Below the pieces are notes generated by a model. It did no database searches. It was not told where the DNA came from and worked only from the letters and a program-made list of their open reading frames with translations. A stretch of 64,000 nt of DNA from Octopus vulgaris (lineage: Eukaryota), in assembly GCA_951406725.2 (NCBI GenBank), contig OX597823.1, forward strand, positions 15,748,001-15,812,000. Direction: 5' to 3'. A program made the translations under genes and the position numbers. This document shows positions 50,016-61,328 of this stretch, piece after piece; position 1 is the first letter of the stretch; each line of letters begins with the position of its first letter.

Positions 50016-50465
50016 AGTGTAAGGACTTCGCTTTGCCCTGTCTGAGATTTGAAACCAAATCTACCCACTTGTTGCTTGTCAAAACAAGCAGGAAATCTTC
50101 TCCAGATCGAGAATACACGTCATTGATTGGTTGAAATTACCTAAATATGACAACTTTAACACGAGATAACTTTGAAAATACAAACTTTTCTCAACAACAC
50201 TGAGAGTAAAAGATGTTTTATATGACACATTCTACCAGTGTCCGAAGTTTGAAAGTATTTGGTTACAAAAAATTAATTTCTCGATCTGCCATTCAAAGGG
50301 TAAAGATCCAATTGACCTTTCCTTGACCAGCACAGGTCTTTGGCAGTCAAGTGTTTCCCCATCAACCATCTTGTGTGGAGAGAATTTCCCTGCTTGTTTT
50401 GACAAACAACAAGTGGGTTGATTTGGTTTCAAATCTCAAGCAGGGTGAAGCGAGGTTCCTACGCT
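50016..50465. mobile_element. Element bounded by diverged ~90-bp inverted repeats
   Basis: tgagatttgaaaccaaatctacccacttgttgcttgtcaaaacaagcagg versus cctgcttgttttgacaaacaacaagtgggttgatttggtttcaaatctca. Confidence 0.72.
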
Positions 50466-51044
50466 GTTTTTTTACAAATGTATTGACACAAGAAGCTGGA
50501 AAATATAGCAAGTGATACAGCAGCAAATAGCAAAGTGCCTCAGACCCACCTGGGACACCAAAACACGTGATGCTAGGGGGAAAAAATATAGCATAGTAGA
50601 GGTGAGATTTCCACCAGAGAGTAAGACCATAAAGCACTCCACAATAATCCTAAAGTGTAATGAACTTCTCTTCATAACAATCTACCTTGGCAATAAGGTA
50701 GTAAGAATTAAAATATTAAAAAAAAGAACATGACCACCCAGAAGTAAACATCTGATGGTTGTAAATAGTCATAAAAGCTAAGAGACAGGCTTGAAAAGAA
50801 TGGAAGAAAGGAGGGTCAAAAGAACAGTACAAGGTTGCTAGAGATGCTAGACATTTGTCCAGTATACATAGCAAAAGGAGAGATGATTGGTTTGTGAAAG
50901 CTGTACAAGTTATGTACAGGGATACTATTAGTAAGCTGGGAGTTTACAATGAGTTCAGTAAAGAATTTGAACTTGCTGGTTGGTGTGCAGCAGGGTTTCC
51001 TTCTTGGCTTCCTCTTGTTTATTAGTTTCCAGGCTATATCAGAA

Positions 51045-51270
51045 AAATTCAAAACTGGTTATCCATAGGAACTCCTGTATGCCAGTGACCATAAATGAAA
51101 AACAGGGTTTGGTACAAATTTCCAAGAACATTATTGAGTAAAACAGGTACCTGAAGAAGGCTAGAGAACACATTAGCTGAAATGTGGCTATAACAACCAA
51201 GATGAGGGTACCAGTCTAAATATATTAAAGTATGATAATGATAATTCCTCATCTCCAAAATTCATTTAAA
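51045..51270 (+). mobile_element. Penelope-like terminal repeat with a hammerhead relic (51151-51182)
   Basis: CTGAAGA-A-GGCTA-gagaacacat-TAGCT-GAAA; downstream stems are decayed. Confidence 0.5.
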
Positions 51271-51274
51271 AATA

Positions 51275-51400
51275 CCTGGTCCATTCCATTGATGTTGGTG
51301 TCTGAAATAAACATATTTGGTCCATTCCACTAATGCTGGAATTTATGATGAAGCCTACCTGGTCCATTCCACTAATGCTGGTGTTGTGATGAATACACCA
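51275..51400. repeat. Three-unit ~41-bp minisatellite
   Basis: tggtccattcca.t.atg.tgg at 51277, 51318 and 51360. Confidence 0.8.
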
Positions 51401-51551
51401 GGTTCTGGATTGGTGATATTATGGTATTCATGGTATTGTTGTTGATGATGTTGATGATGATGGGGCTGTTGATTTACAACTAGGAAAACTTCTGATATTG
51501 TTGATGCTATTAGTGCAGTTATTTAACCCTAGGCTAACCCTGTGTCAATAT

Positions 51552-51786
51552 ACCTATTTCTTTACTACCCACAAAGGGCTAAACACAGAGGAGACAAACA
51601 AGGACAGACACACGGATTAAGTCGATTATATCGATCCCAGTGCGTAACTGGTACTTATTTAATCGACCCCGAAAGGATGAAAGGTAAAGTCGACCTCGGC
51701 GGAATTTGAACTCAGAAAGTAACGGCAGACGAAATACAGCTACGCGTTTCACCCGGCGTGCTAACGTTTCTGCCAGCTCACTGCCT
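51552..51786 (-). mobile_element. SINE family B monomer
   Basis: Complete head and tail. Confidence 0.88.
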
Positions 51787-52778
51787 GTGTCATTATACCT
51801 GTGATTGAAGGCATCCCAACTGTAACCACCTTGATTTTTACTCCAGCATAGCATGTCTAGGATTATATTATCCAGAATGCCCTGCTTTTTTTTTTTAAAA
51901 GATGGTAGTGTGTGATTTGAGAGGCATTTGTTCGCTATTTCTACCAAGTTAAGTGGCTGCATCATGGGTCTCTCATTGGTTTGAGGCATTGCCGATTTTG
52001 ATGTTGATGGTGCTGGTTATGTCTTGGAGCTGTTGACTTCCTTCTACAGTAACGGACTGGTATTTACAATATGATGACGATGATGATGATGCTGTTACAG
52101 TTGATAAAGCCCCTAAGACTGTGTGTGTAATATTTAAAAGCATGTATCTGTGTGTGTGATGGGGTAGGTTTCTAAACACAGCCAGTGACATGTTTGTTCT
52201 TTTCCCTTTGAAATCTTCAATCATGCATTCTTTATGGTTTCTTATCTGTCATGTAACACAAGTGCCAAACTTCCAAGTGGTTATTCTATTGTGATTGGCC
52301 CATAATCTTTTTCAAAGTAGGTCACAAACCCTCACCACCATTTTTGTTTGTTTGTTTTAATTTTTATTTCTTTTTTTCTTCTTTGTAATGGACAACAAAC
52401 AATATTGCCTGGGGCTGCGCCGCCTCCGCCGCCGCCGCCACCAACACCACCACCACCACTATTACTGCTGCCACTGTTGTCATAGTTACTACTGTTACCA
52501 TTGTTGTTGTTGTTGTTGTTAATATTAACTGCCACCACCACCACCACCACCATCACCACCACCAATTCCACTCCACTCTCTTCACCACTATCCCCTTGAG
52601 CATTTCCATTAGCTGTAAATTAGCTGTAAATAGCTATCACTACTATCATCATCATCACCACAATCACCATTCATTCATAACACTGTCACCACCAACTCTC
52701 TTTCTTAGTCAAGACAGCCCATCTGATGACTATATATAAATCTCCTTCTTTCTCTCTCTCTCTGTATGTGTGTATGAA

Positions 52779-52821
<43 letters not shown>

Positions 52822-52829
52822 ATGTATAT

Positions 52830-53088
52830 ATTCTTTTATTCTTTTACTTTGACTGTGGCCATGCTGGAGCACCACCTTTAGTCGAACAAATCAACCCCAG
52901 GACTTATTCTTTGTAAGCCTAGTGCTTATTCTATCGGTCTCTTTTTGCCAAACCACTAAGTTACGGGGATGTAAACACACCAACATTGGTTGTTAAGTGA
53001 TGCTGGGGTGGGGTACAAACACAGACACATCAAGCATAAACATACATACATGTATATATATATATGTATATATATATATACATACATA
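52830..53088 (-). mobile_element. SINE family A, 3' half only
   Basis: Tail through the internal TA repeat, then a direct junction to Gypsy integrase sequence. Confidence 0.82.
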
Positions 53089-56000
53089 CTTGGCTTGTTG
53101 ACAGGGGATGCAGGTCTTGGTCCACTCCCCAATTTGTTTGGCCATACTGTGCCAGATAAATTTGCTTGACAGCAAGTGCTGTGTGGCTCTAGTACCTGGG
53201 TGGTACGGTCTGTGAATGATGTTAAAAACCTTCCTGCGCCAGGATAATGGGATGATCGGTCATGGATTCCCAATGAATACATCATATAGTAGAGTTGTGC
53301 CATTGGAGCCGAAGTACACATCCTGCAAGGAAAGTGACATGATGGTAGTGTGGTATGCCCTGATCTCGTCATCTGTCTGTTGGGCTACAGTCATAGCCTT
53401 GTTATCCAGGCCTTCTGCTATTGGGGCTAGGTAGGTGTGAGAGCAGGTAAGGACACAAGAGAGTGTGTCAGCGACTGGATTGCCTTTTCTGGCTATGTGT
53501 TGGATGGCCGTGGTGTATTCAGATGTCCGTTGTGTACTCAGATGTCATTGCTGGCATGCAGACCAAGGCTTTGAGAGCTCATAGGAAAGGTGAGTGATTT
53601 GTGGTCTGTGAACACTGTAAATTTGTGGCCTTCAAGAAAATGGCAAAAGTGGCAGACATCTAGATGGACAGCTAGCAGTTCCCTGTCAAAAGCACTGTAC
53701 TTCTGTTCAGGAGGTCAATGTTGTTGACTGAAGAAAGCAAGTGATCACCACTGGCCATTGATGCATTGTTCCAAAACACCTTCAATGGCTGTGTTGGAGG
53801 CATCATCTGTGAGTACAGTCCAAGATGCCATATGAGGATGGAACAGCATGACTACTTTAGCATGGCTGCTTGTTTTGTGGATTTGAAGGCTGAGGTCATT
53901 GCACCATCCCACTTCATCTGTCCTTTTGAACCATCTTTTGACAGTGCCTTGTATAGGGGTCTCATCACTCTTGCTGCAGAAGAGATGAAGCAATGGTAAA
54001 AGTTTATCATGCCCAGAAATTGGTGTAGAGCCTTGCTTGTGGTGGGGGTGTGGAAAGGATAAGATAGCTTTCGCTTTTTCTGACAGGGGTGTAGCACCAA
54101 CACCTGTGATTCAATGTCACAGGAAGTTGATATCAGTGACACCAAAAGCACACTTGGTGGGGTTGATTACTAGGCCATACTGTTCCAGTCTATCAAAAAG
54201 AGTCACTAGGTGGTTCTTGTGTTGCTCCAATTTTGGCTTGCAATGAGGATATTATTTAAAAAGGCAAATACAAAATCAAGACCCCTGCACATGGTGTCCA
54301 TCAAACGTTGGAAGGATTGTGCTGCATTTTTCACGCTATAGGGTGTACATAGGAATTCATACAACCTGAAAGAGGTGATCACAGCAGTTTTCAGTACATC
54401 GTCGTCTTGTACTGGTATTTGGTGGTAACCTCAGATGAGGTTGACCTTTGAGAAAACCAAGCACATGGCTAGCTGGGCAGCGAAGTCCTGTATGTGTGGA
54501 ATGAGGTAGCAGTCGAGTATCATGTCTGCATTGAGACGGTGGTAATATCTGCATGATTACCAACCACCATTGAGTTTCGAGGCCACATGCAGGTGTTGAC
54601 AACCAGGGACTGCTTGATCAGCAAACTATGCCCAAGGGCTCCATATTGTCAAACTTGGCCTTTGCAATAGCAAGTTTGTCTGGCAACAGACGATGTGTGT
54701 GACTGTGAACTAGCGGGGGGGGCAGTGATGGGCATGTGGTGTGTCGCTCTGTGGTGTGCTGTAGGTTTAGAGAATGTCGGAGTAATGAGATTGGGTGACT
54801 CACAAGGAGATTTGAGAATTCGTTTTCGGTCTGAGAGACGGTCGCTATGTGGTATGTGCAGATGTTTCCAGAGACATGGAAGCGTGTGTGCTGCTGTTGA
54901 TGAGTTATCTCCCCTGCAAATCAATCAGTAGCAAGTGTGCTCGAAAACTGTTTGCCCCAAGAATCGGCTGATGGACATCGGCGATAGTGAATGCCCATGT
55001 GTATTTTTGTGAGTCGATGTTGAGAGAAAGAATGTGGTGACCGTACACATCAATTGTAGAACCATTGGCATCTGTTAAAGGTTGGCCCTGCTTTCCTTAA
55101 CGGAGGTCTCTTACCAATGCTAGGATCACACTGACTTCTGTTCCTGTGTCAATGAAAAACCTACATCTGTAGCTCTGGACATAGAGAAGCAGTTGATCGT
55201 GTCTGCCAACCACCAAGGTATTCAATGGTGGCCGGCCTTGGAGTTTCCTGGGGCTAATGGCCGAGGGATCCTGAAATTATATGGTTGTTTGCACTTCGTA
55301 GCCTTTCCCCCAAACTTGTGTAGAAGCACAGGTCATCTTGCTTAACTCTACCATGATTCGGGGCTCACCCTATGATGTTGACCATAACACCATGGGATAA
55401 AAAATATTTGTTGGCTGCTTTTGCTAACTGCCGCAGGTCCTTGATCTCGGTCTGAGTTATGAGGGCTTGGACCTGGGGTGGTAACTGGAGGAATATTTCC
55501 CTAAACAAAAAGGAAGGTAACTCACTAGGAGGAACTAATGCCAACATCTTGCCCATCAACTCTGAAGGCTTAGAATCAGCTAATTCTTCCTCCAATATCT
55601 TGGCTGCCACTTCCCAGTTGCTCCACCAGAATGTATCCACCAGCTTGTCTTTTAACACGGTGTATGTATTTGTGTGTTGCTGGGGGGTTGGGTTAACATG
55701 TCTAGCACCCTCGTTGCTGTGTCCTCATCTAGTGCCACTACTACGTATGAATATTTCGTTAGGTCAGAAGTTATTTTGCATATGTTAAATTGTGCTTCTG
55801 TTGGGTGAATCATAACTCAGCCCACTTTGGCCAGAATTGTTGTAGCTTCAGTGTTGTTGCGTGATTGCTTGCTACATTTCTTTGATTTTCTGTTTACTTC
55901 GATGTGCAAAGCAAAAGCTGTTGTTCTTCTGTGAGGTCACTAATTATAGCTTTAATTAAGCTATACACAAATAAATTATGGAGACCTAGAATGCGTTAGT

Positions 56001-56172
56001 GAAAGATTTATGGAGTTAGATATATAAGGGCAACAGACATCAGTCCATGCCTGCTTTGTAGAAGGCTGCTTAACCAGAAGTCAACTTCACTGCAGACCAT
56101 CTCCCTAGCTAGCTCGCAGTGAAGTTCCTGCCTACAGTTTGTCTGTTATAAATCCTTGGGCAGTGCCCTACA
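53089..56172 (-). mobile_element. Decayed Ty3/Gypsy LTR retrotransposon (LTR-gag-PR-RT-RH-start of IN), 3'-truncated
   Basis: gag LADSKPSELMGKMLAL; protease FFIDTGTEVSVI; RT KTAVITSFRLYEF...NAAQSFQRLMD...FLGMINFYH; RNase H DASNTAI..VLEQ...YSAFDRELLAV...FTDHK; integrase zinc finger ...KFIWHSMAKQI.EWTKTCIPCQQAK. Many stops and frameshifts. Confidence 0.93.
55945..56172 (-). repeat. 5' LTR of the Gypsy element with adjacent primer-binding-site relic
   Basis: Minus strand TGTAG...CTATA (probably from CTACA), followed by attagtgacctc (compare TGGTGACCCC). Confidence 0.62.
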
Positions 56173-56202
56173 CATGCACACAAACACCCCCACCCACATA
56201 TA

Positions 56203-56434
56203 TATTTCTTTACTACCCACAAGGGGCTAAACATAGAGAGGACAAACAAGGACGGACAAAGGGATTAAGTCAATTACATTGACCCCAGTGCGTAACTGGT
56301 ACTTAATTTATCGACCCCGAAAGGATGAAAGGTAAAGTCGACCTCGACGGAATTTGAACTCAGAACGTAACGGCAGACGAAATATGGCTATGCATTTCGA
56401 CCGGCGTGCTAACGTTTCTGCCAGCTCGCCGTCT
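56203..56434 (-). mobile_element. SINE family B monomer
   Basis: Complete head (gccagctcgccgtct) and tail. Confidence 0.88.
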
Positions 56435-56441
56435 TCAAATA

Positions 56442-56472
<31 letters not shown>

Positions 56473-56769
56473 ATTGATTGGTATTAGGAGGGTCATCCAG
56501 TTGAAACAATAACAAAAATAGCATGCATGTGAAAGAAATGGTCTCCTGATCCCCTGACCAATCTTGGAGGGCAGCAGATCCAAATAAGAATTCAGTAAAA
56601 ATAGTACAACTCATCCAAGTCATGGAGAGTGAATGTAAAATGATGTTTAATAATTGGGACAAAACTTCCTCTTGATTATATAATGAAATGAGAGGTGGAA
56701 GTGAAACATAAAAAGTAGGCTAATTTAATTTTCTATTTTAGAATTTCACTTTTTTAGCAGCAACCTTTA

Positions 56770-56817
56770 TGACTAATTTAATGTTTTGACTAATTTAATG
56801 TGTTTCACCTATTTCAG
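56770..56817 (+). promoter_or_regulatory. 3' splice region of intron 2 with a tandemly duplicated branch-point-like motif
   Basis: 17-bp unit tgactaatttaatgt(t/g)t occurs twice (56770-56786, 56787-56803), each with CTAAT, just upstream of the acceptor AG at 56816-56817. Confidence 0.6.
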
Positions 56818-56864
56818 TGAAACGCTTCTGTCGGAAAGGAATACCAAATGAATATCGGGCAACA
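56818..56864 (+). CDS. GRTP1: GRTP1/TBC1D6-like coding exon 3 (47 nt), start of the TBC domain
   Basis: Acceptor tttcacctatttcag|, donor ACA|gtaagt. Phase matches exon 2 (A+TG). Encodes MKRFCRKGIPNEYRAT, the TBC 'KR..RKG(I/V)P...R' motif. Confidence 0.92.
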
Positions 56865-56952
56865 GTAAGTATGAAGTTCTTAAACCAACAGTTCAAATTC
56901 ACTGCATAAATTTTCTTAGCTTTTTTTACATTTCAAAATGAAATACCCAAAA

Positions 56953-57151
56953 CTCTTACTCTTTTACTTGTTTCAGTCATTTGACTGCGGCCATGCTGGG
57001 GCACCGCCTTTAGTCGAGCAACTCGATCCCGGGACTTATTCTTTGTAAGCCTAGTACTTATTGTATCGGTCTCTTTTGCCGAACCGCTAAGTGACGGGGA
57101 CGTAAACACACCAGCATCGGTTGTCAAGCAATGCTAGGGGGACAAACACAG

Positions 57152-57216
<65 letters not shown>

Positions 57217-57362
57217 CGACAGGCTTCTTTCAGTTTCCGTCTACCAGATCCACTCACAAGGCATTGGTCGGCCCGGGGCTATAGCAGAAGACACTTGCCC
57301 AAGATGCCACGCAGTGGGACTGAACCTGAAATCATGTGGTTGGTTAGCAAGCTACTTACCAC
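56953..57362 (-). mobile_element. SINE family A, ~90 bp 3' of exon 3
   Basis: Near-consensus copy; extreme 5' end clipped. Confidence 0.9.
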
Positions 57363-58019
57363 TTAATATGAAAAATTTTAATAGAACAACAGTAATTCTA
57401 TTATTAGGTACTGTGATAAACACACATGTGACACCTCGAGAGTTTCTATTACCAAGCTTTGGTTTAACCAAATTCTTGTGAGTGAAATTTTGCAGATAGG
57501 AATTGTGTGAAAGCTCCTTGCTGGGTATGTTCCTGCACATGGGTAGCAGACTTAATCCTTTATCTGGTTTAATAGCACCACCTAATTCTGGGGGTCTTTA
57601 AGTTGGCTTTGTTGCAAGCACTCAAGCCAAGCTTCTGGTTTGTGGATAATGTCCTTTCTTCTTCTACCAGTGACAGGGGCACTGAAAAAGGAGTTATAGA
57701 TGCTGCCCTTTTTTTTAAATTTCATAGAAATTAAAAAAAAATCGTACATGAAATGTCTTTTATAGTTCTTAACCTTTCCATAGCCATATTTCTAATGAAA
57801 TGCACTGATTTTGTGTTCCAATTAATTTTGAAAATCAGGAATTTTAGAGGATTTAATAAAATAAATAACTTTTCTTATTAAGCTGGTGTTTCAAACATAA
57901 ATGGTTTTTTGATAAAATTATGATGTGAGATTTTAATTTTAATATTATCATGTTATAAAGAAGAGGTTTTGTATCACAAAACCAGGGGCAGTCTTGTGTG
58001 GATTTATAAGAAATTTAAT

Positions 58020-60790
58020 GATTTGGTATTGAGGAAAGGGCTGTATTCATGACTTTCATATGTCCTCTGAGATCAGTGAAATCAGTGTGGTTGATGTTCT
58101 TTTTGAATAGCTATGAGCTGATGAGCATAGATGGCAGGAAAGAAATTCTAGAAGATAAGGTTGTTGGTGGAAGGCCCGCAAGTGGGCATTGGACAGGCTG
58201 ATAAAAAGAGGAAATACAAATAGGTAAAGAAAGTCTGAGTGGAAGGGAAATAAGACCACCAGCTTTAAAGGAGCAGAGGCCACTGTAGTAGTGATAGAAG
58301 AGGCAGTATTCCATCTGTAGAATAGAGGCTGGAATGTTTTGAAGAATAACTTCATGCTAATCAGTTGGGTGTCCCACCCCCAACTTTTTTTTCCTATGTG
58401 GTGTCTGATGTCTGTATGTTTGTATGGGAGCAGCACTGTCTTAAATGTAAGAGCAGTACTCCATTGTTGGTTTGACTTTGTGTAGCATGAGTAAATAATT
58501 ATGATCTGAAGTATTTTCTGGCTTTGAAAAGTTCGGTTAGACTTTGCTATGTTGAGGATGTGAGATCATCTGGAGAGAACATCATGGATGATGAGGCTGA
58601 GGATTTGCAGTGACTTTGAGGCTTCTAGATGAATGTTGTTCATGTTTAAAATGTGTGTGGGATGGGGTATAGTATTGTTTTCTTTATGTGTGTAGTGATT
58701 GTGCTTTTGTACTTTTGAAGGAAACATGACCCCCATGAGAGAAGATTTGTGATCTTTGTTCATGGTATCAATACAGGCTTAGTGTCAGGTATCTTGGTTG
58801 TATGTGGATAATGCTTGGATATGGAAGGTTAGGGAAGAGAGAATAGTGGTGTCGTCAGCATAGGAGAGGGTGTTGATAAAGTGTCTCTCAGAGAGAGTTT
58901 CCTCAGCACATGATGCAATGATGTGACTGACAAGAAGCCACTGATCCAGGATATGAGATACTAATAGACCCTTTAGGCAGGTAATTTAGATAAGAGATTC
59001 ATATTCCAGAAAATGGTTTTATACTTAGCTTTTCTCAAGTGCACAACATTACTTCCCCTAAATTTCTGAAGGGCAAGGGTCACTGGGGAATAATGTAACA
59101 AAGTAAGCCTCCTGTTGATCTTGGCTTTACATAACTTATGTACTGATGATCTTTAAAGCTTGTGAGGTATTCAGCTTGTCAAACAATGTGGTTGTCAATG
59201 AATGTCTTTTATTGGAGCTTTTGTGGCTATGGTCTTGTACCAGCTGCATAGTTTGTCAGCCTATGCGCAGGATACTTTTATGAGACACCACTTGTGTAGA
59301 TGGCTATTGGCTCATAATGAGCTCAACTGTCCATTGCTAGGTCCTGTTTTTAGTCCTGCAGAGTCTTCCACAACACCTGGCAAACCAGATAGGGAAGCTG
59401 GTTTAGTCACCATGGGAATGTTAAAGTCTGATAGTTAGACCTGCATAACATATGTCCTTGAGAACCTCTGTTGGACACAGGAATGTGCATTGTCTCAGAG
59501 TTCACACAGCCTGGAGGGAAATTTGCTCTTGAGTTGGAGTCAACATCCATGAGTGATAAGTGTAGACTAAAGAAGAAAAATAAATGTCCATCTCTCCTCA
59601 TATGTTGGAAGTAGGAGCAATAGAGTGTTAGTTGGTGAAGTCGAAGGAGTTTCCCTTCTTAGGAATGGGATACAATGTAGCATGCATTGAAAGATTGAGA
59701 TAGATCTCTACAGAAGGAGAAAGATTGAAAAGTTTGGTGAGAAAGATCTCTGGTGTACAGTATTTGAGGGTAATAACGAAAGGGGCATTGTCAGGGCTAG
59801 TGGTTTCATTGGTTTAAAGCAACTGGAATTACTACAGTGTTTGGTATCCCATCTTGGATGACTGGGTAGGATAGTTTTGGTGAAGATTTTCCCAGTCTGT
59901 GCAGTGTGGTGCAAATGTTGATGATTGCCTTGTGGGAGTACGTCTTACAGAACCTTCATGGTTGAGAAGGAAAGGAAAGAGGGGCTGAATAAAGTTAATA
60001 TGCTTTTGTCATTGGTCTAAAAAGAACATGGCTGCAGTTTGGGAGACAGGAAAGCAAGCTTCCAGGCTATGCAATGTATGGAATTATTTGCATTTCAGTT
60101 GATAGCCTTGTAGAAGTTGCAGTGGTAGGTAAAAACCATCAAATTTGCAGAACAGGTGATTCATAGATTTTGTTGTTTGCCTGAAATGCTGCAGTGAAAT
60201 TAGGAGAGTGAACTACTTGGTGTATATAGTGTTTTGAGTGTCTTGTGTGTATTGGATGCAAAAAGTCATGCCTAAGAAGATGGTTTCAATCACTTTCAGT
60301 GCTTTCTCTGACAGGTCAAAGGTGAAGTACATCTACTGCTAGGGAGTTACCATAGAACTAGCAGAGCTCCAACCAATCAGCTAATTCAGTGTTATAGGGT
60401 CCAGGAATAAGTGTTATGTAATTGTGTGGTTGGTTGAGTCAAGGCATTGATTGGATGACCTAATAATTGCAGAGAATCTGATGGACTGGCAGAGGCTAGA
60501 TTTGGACATAAAAAGAGAGTGGTTTTATATTCGATAGGGATTCATCTAGGAGAAGGAACTAATTGCTGCAAAGAGTGAATGTTTTCAAAAGATTCAGTTT
60601 TTTCACTAGCAACATCAGTGTGGTGTGGGAAGAGATTGAGAGTCAGAAAGTGTTGTGAGAATTGAAGTTACTGGGTATGATGGCTTCAGAGATGGCACAG
60701 CATAGATGGGTTGTAGGTAAAGTGTGAGAGATTTGTGCCTCTGAGTGGAACAAGACATATGGTTTATTTGTTAGTGGAGGTAATGTGTAG
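58020..60790 (-). mobile_element. Heavily decayed CR1/Jockey-group LINE (EN+RT)
   Basis: Minus strand SYADDTTIL (58851-58865 region) and PIPKKGNSFDFTN*HSIAPTS (compare PxPKKG...NYRPIAL); C-terminal LFKKNIN. Confidence 0.75.
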
Positions 60791-61207
60791 AATCTAGTAT
60801 TGTATCATAAGAGTTGATATTTGCGTACTAGTTGCATGAAAAACTGCTGCTCCAGTTCAACTAATTTAAACTCTATTTGAATTTTTAATATTTTATATAA
60901 ACTTATAATTTTATTGTTATAAAATTTTGACTTTTCCCTGATTTTTCATTGAACTTTCTCTCTTTTAATTCGAGTTTTCCCCCTTGCTAATATAAGAAAA
61001 ACATTAAAAAAACAATTGTGAACAAAAGAATAAATACAATGATTTTTATTCATTTATTTTTGATTATTTTGGAGATGTACTTGCATAGCAAGTGCTTTGA
61101 TCTGAGATCGTGTGCTGAAACGAAAACAATTGCAGCGTGGAAGGTGTTTGTAAGCCGTTTAAGAAACACACAAAAGCCGTTCGATTCACTTCAACATTTA
61201 AGTTTAA

Positions 61208-61258
61208 TTTGTCAAAATATTTTCGTCGCTTTAAGACCGCGACCTGTTCACTGACAAA
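61208..61258 (-). ncRNA. Mirror copy of the candidate G3-C8 hammerhead (perfect stem II GTCGC/GCGAC)
   Basis: Reverse complement of the left hairpin arm. Confidence 0.62.
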
Positions 61259-61277
61259 AATCCGTGCAGCACAGATT

Positions 61278-61328
61278 TTTGTCAGTGAACAGGTCGCGGT
61301 CTTAAAGCGGCGAAAATATTTTGACAAA
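61278..61328 (+). ncRNA. Candidate minimal hammerhead ribozyme, G3-C8 core variant
   Basis: TTTGTCA-GTGAACA-G-GTCGC-ggtcttaaa-GCGGC-GAAA-ATAT-T-T-TGACAAA: stem I, core, stem II, GAAA, palindromic stem III, UH, stem I'. Confidence 0.62.

Noticed and set aside
51275-51400. CRISPR-like repeat-spacer pattern
   Set aside because: Three degenerate units with short related spacers in eukaryotic DNA and no cas genes; an ordinary minisatellite.
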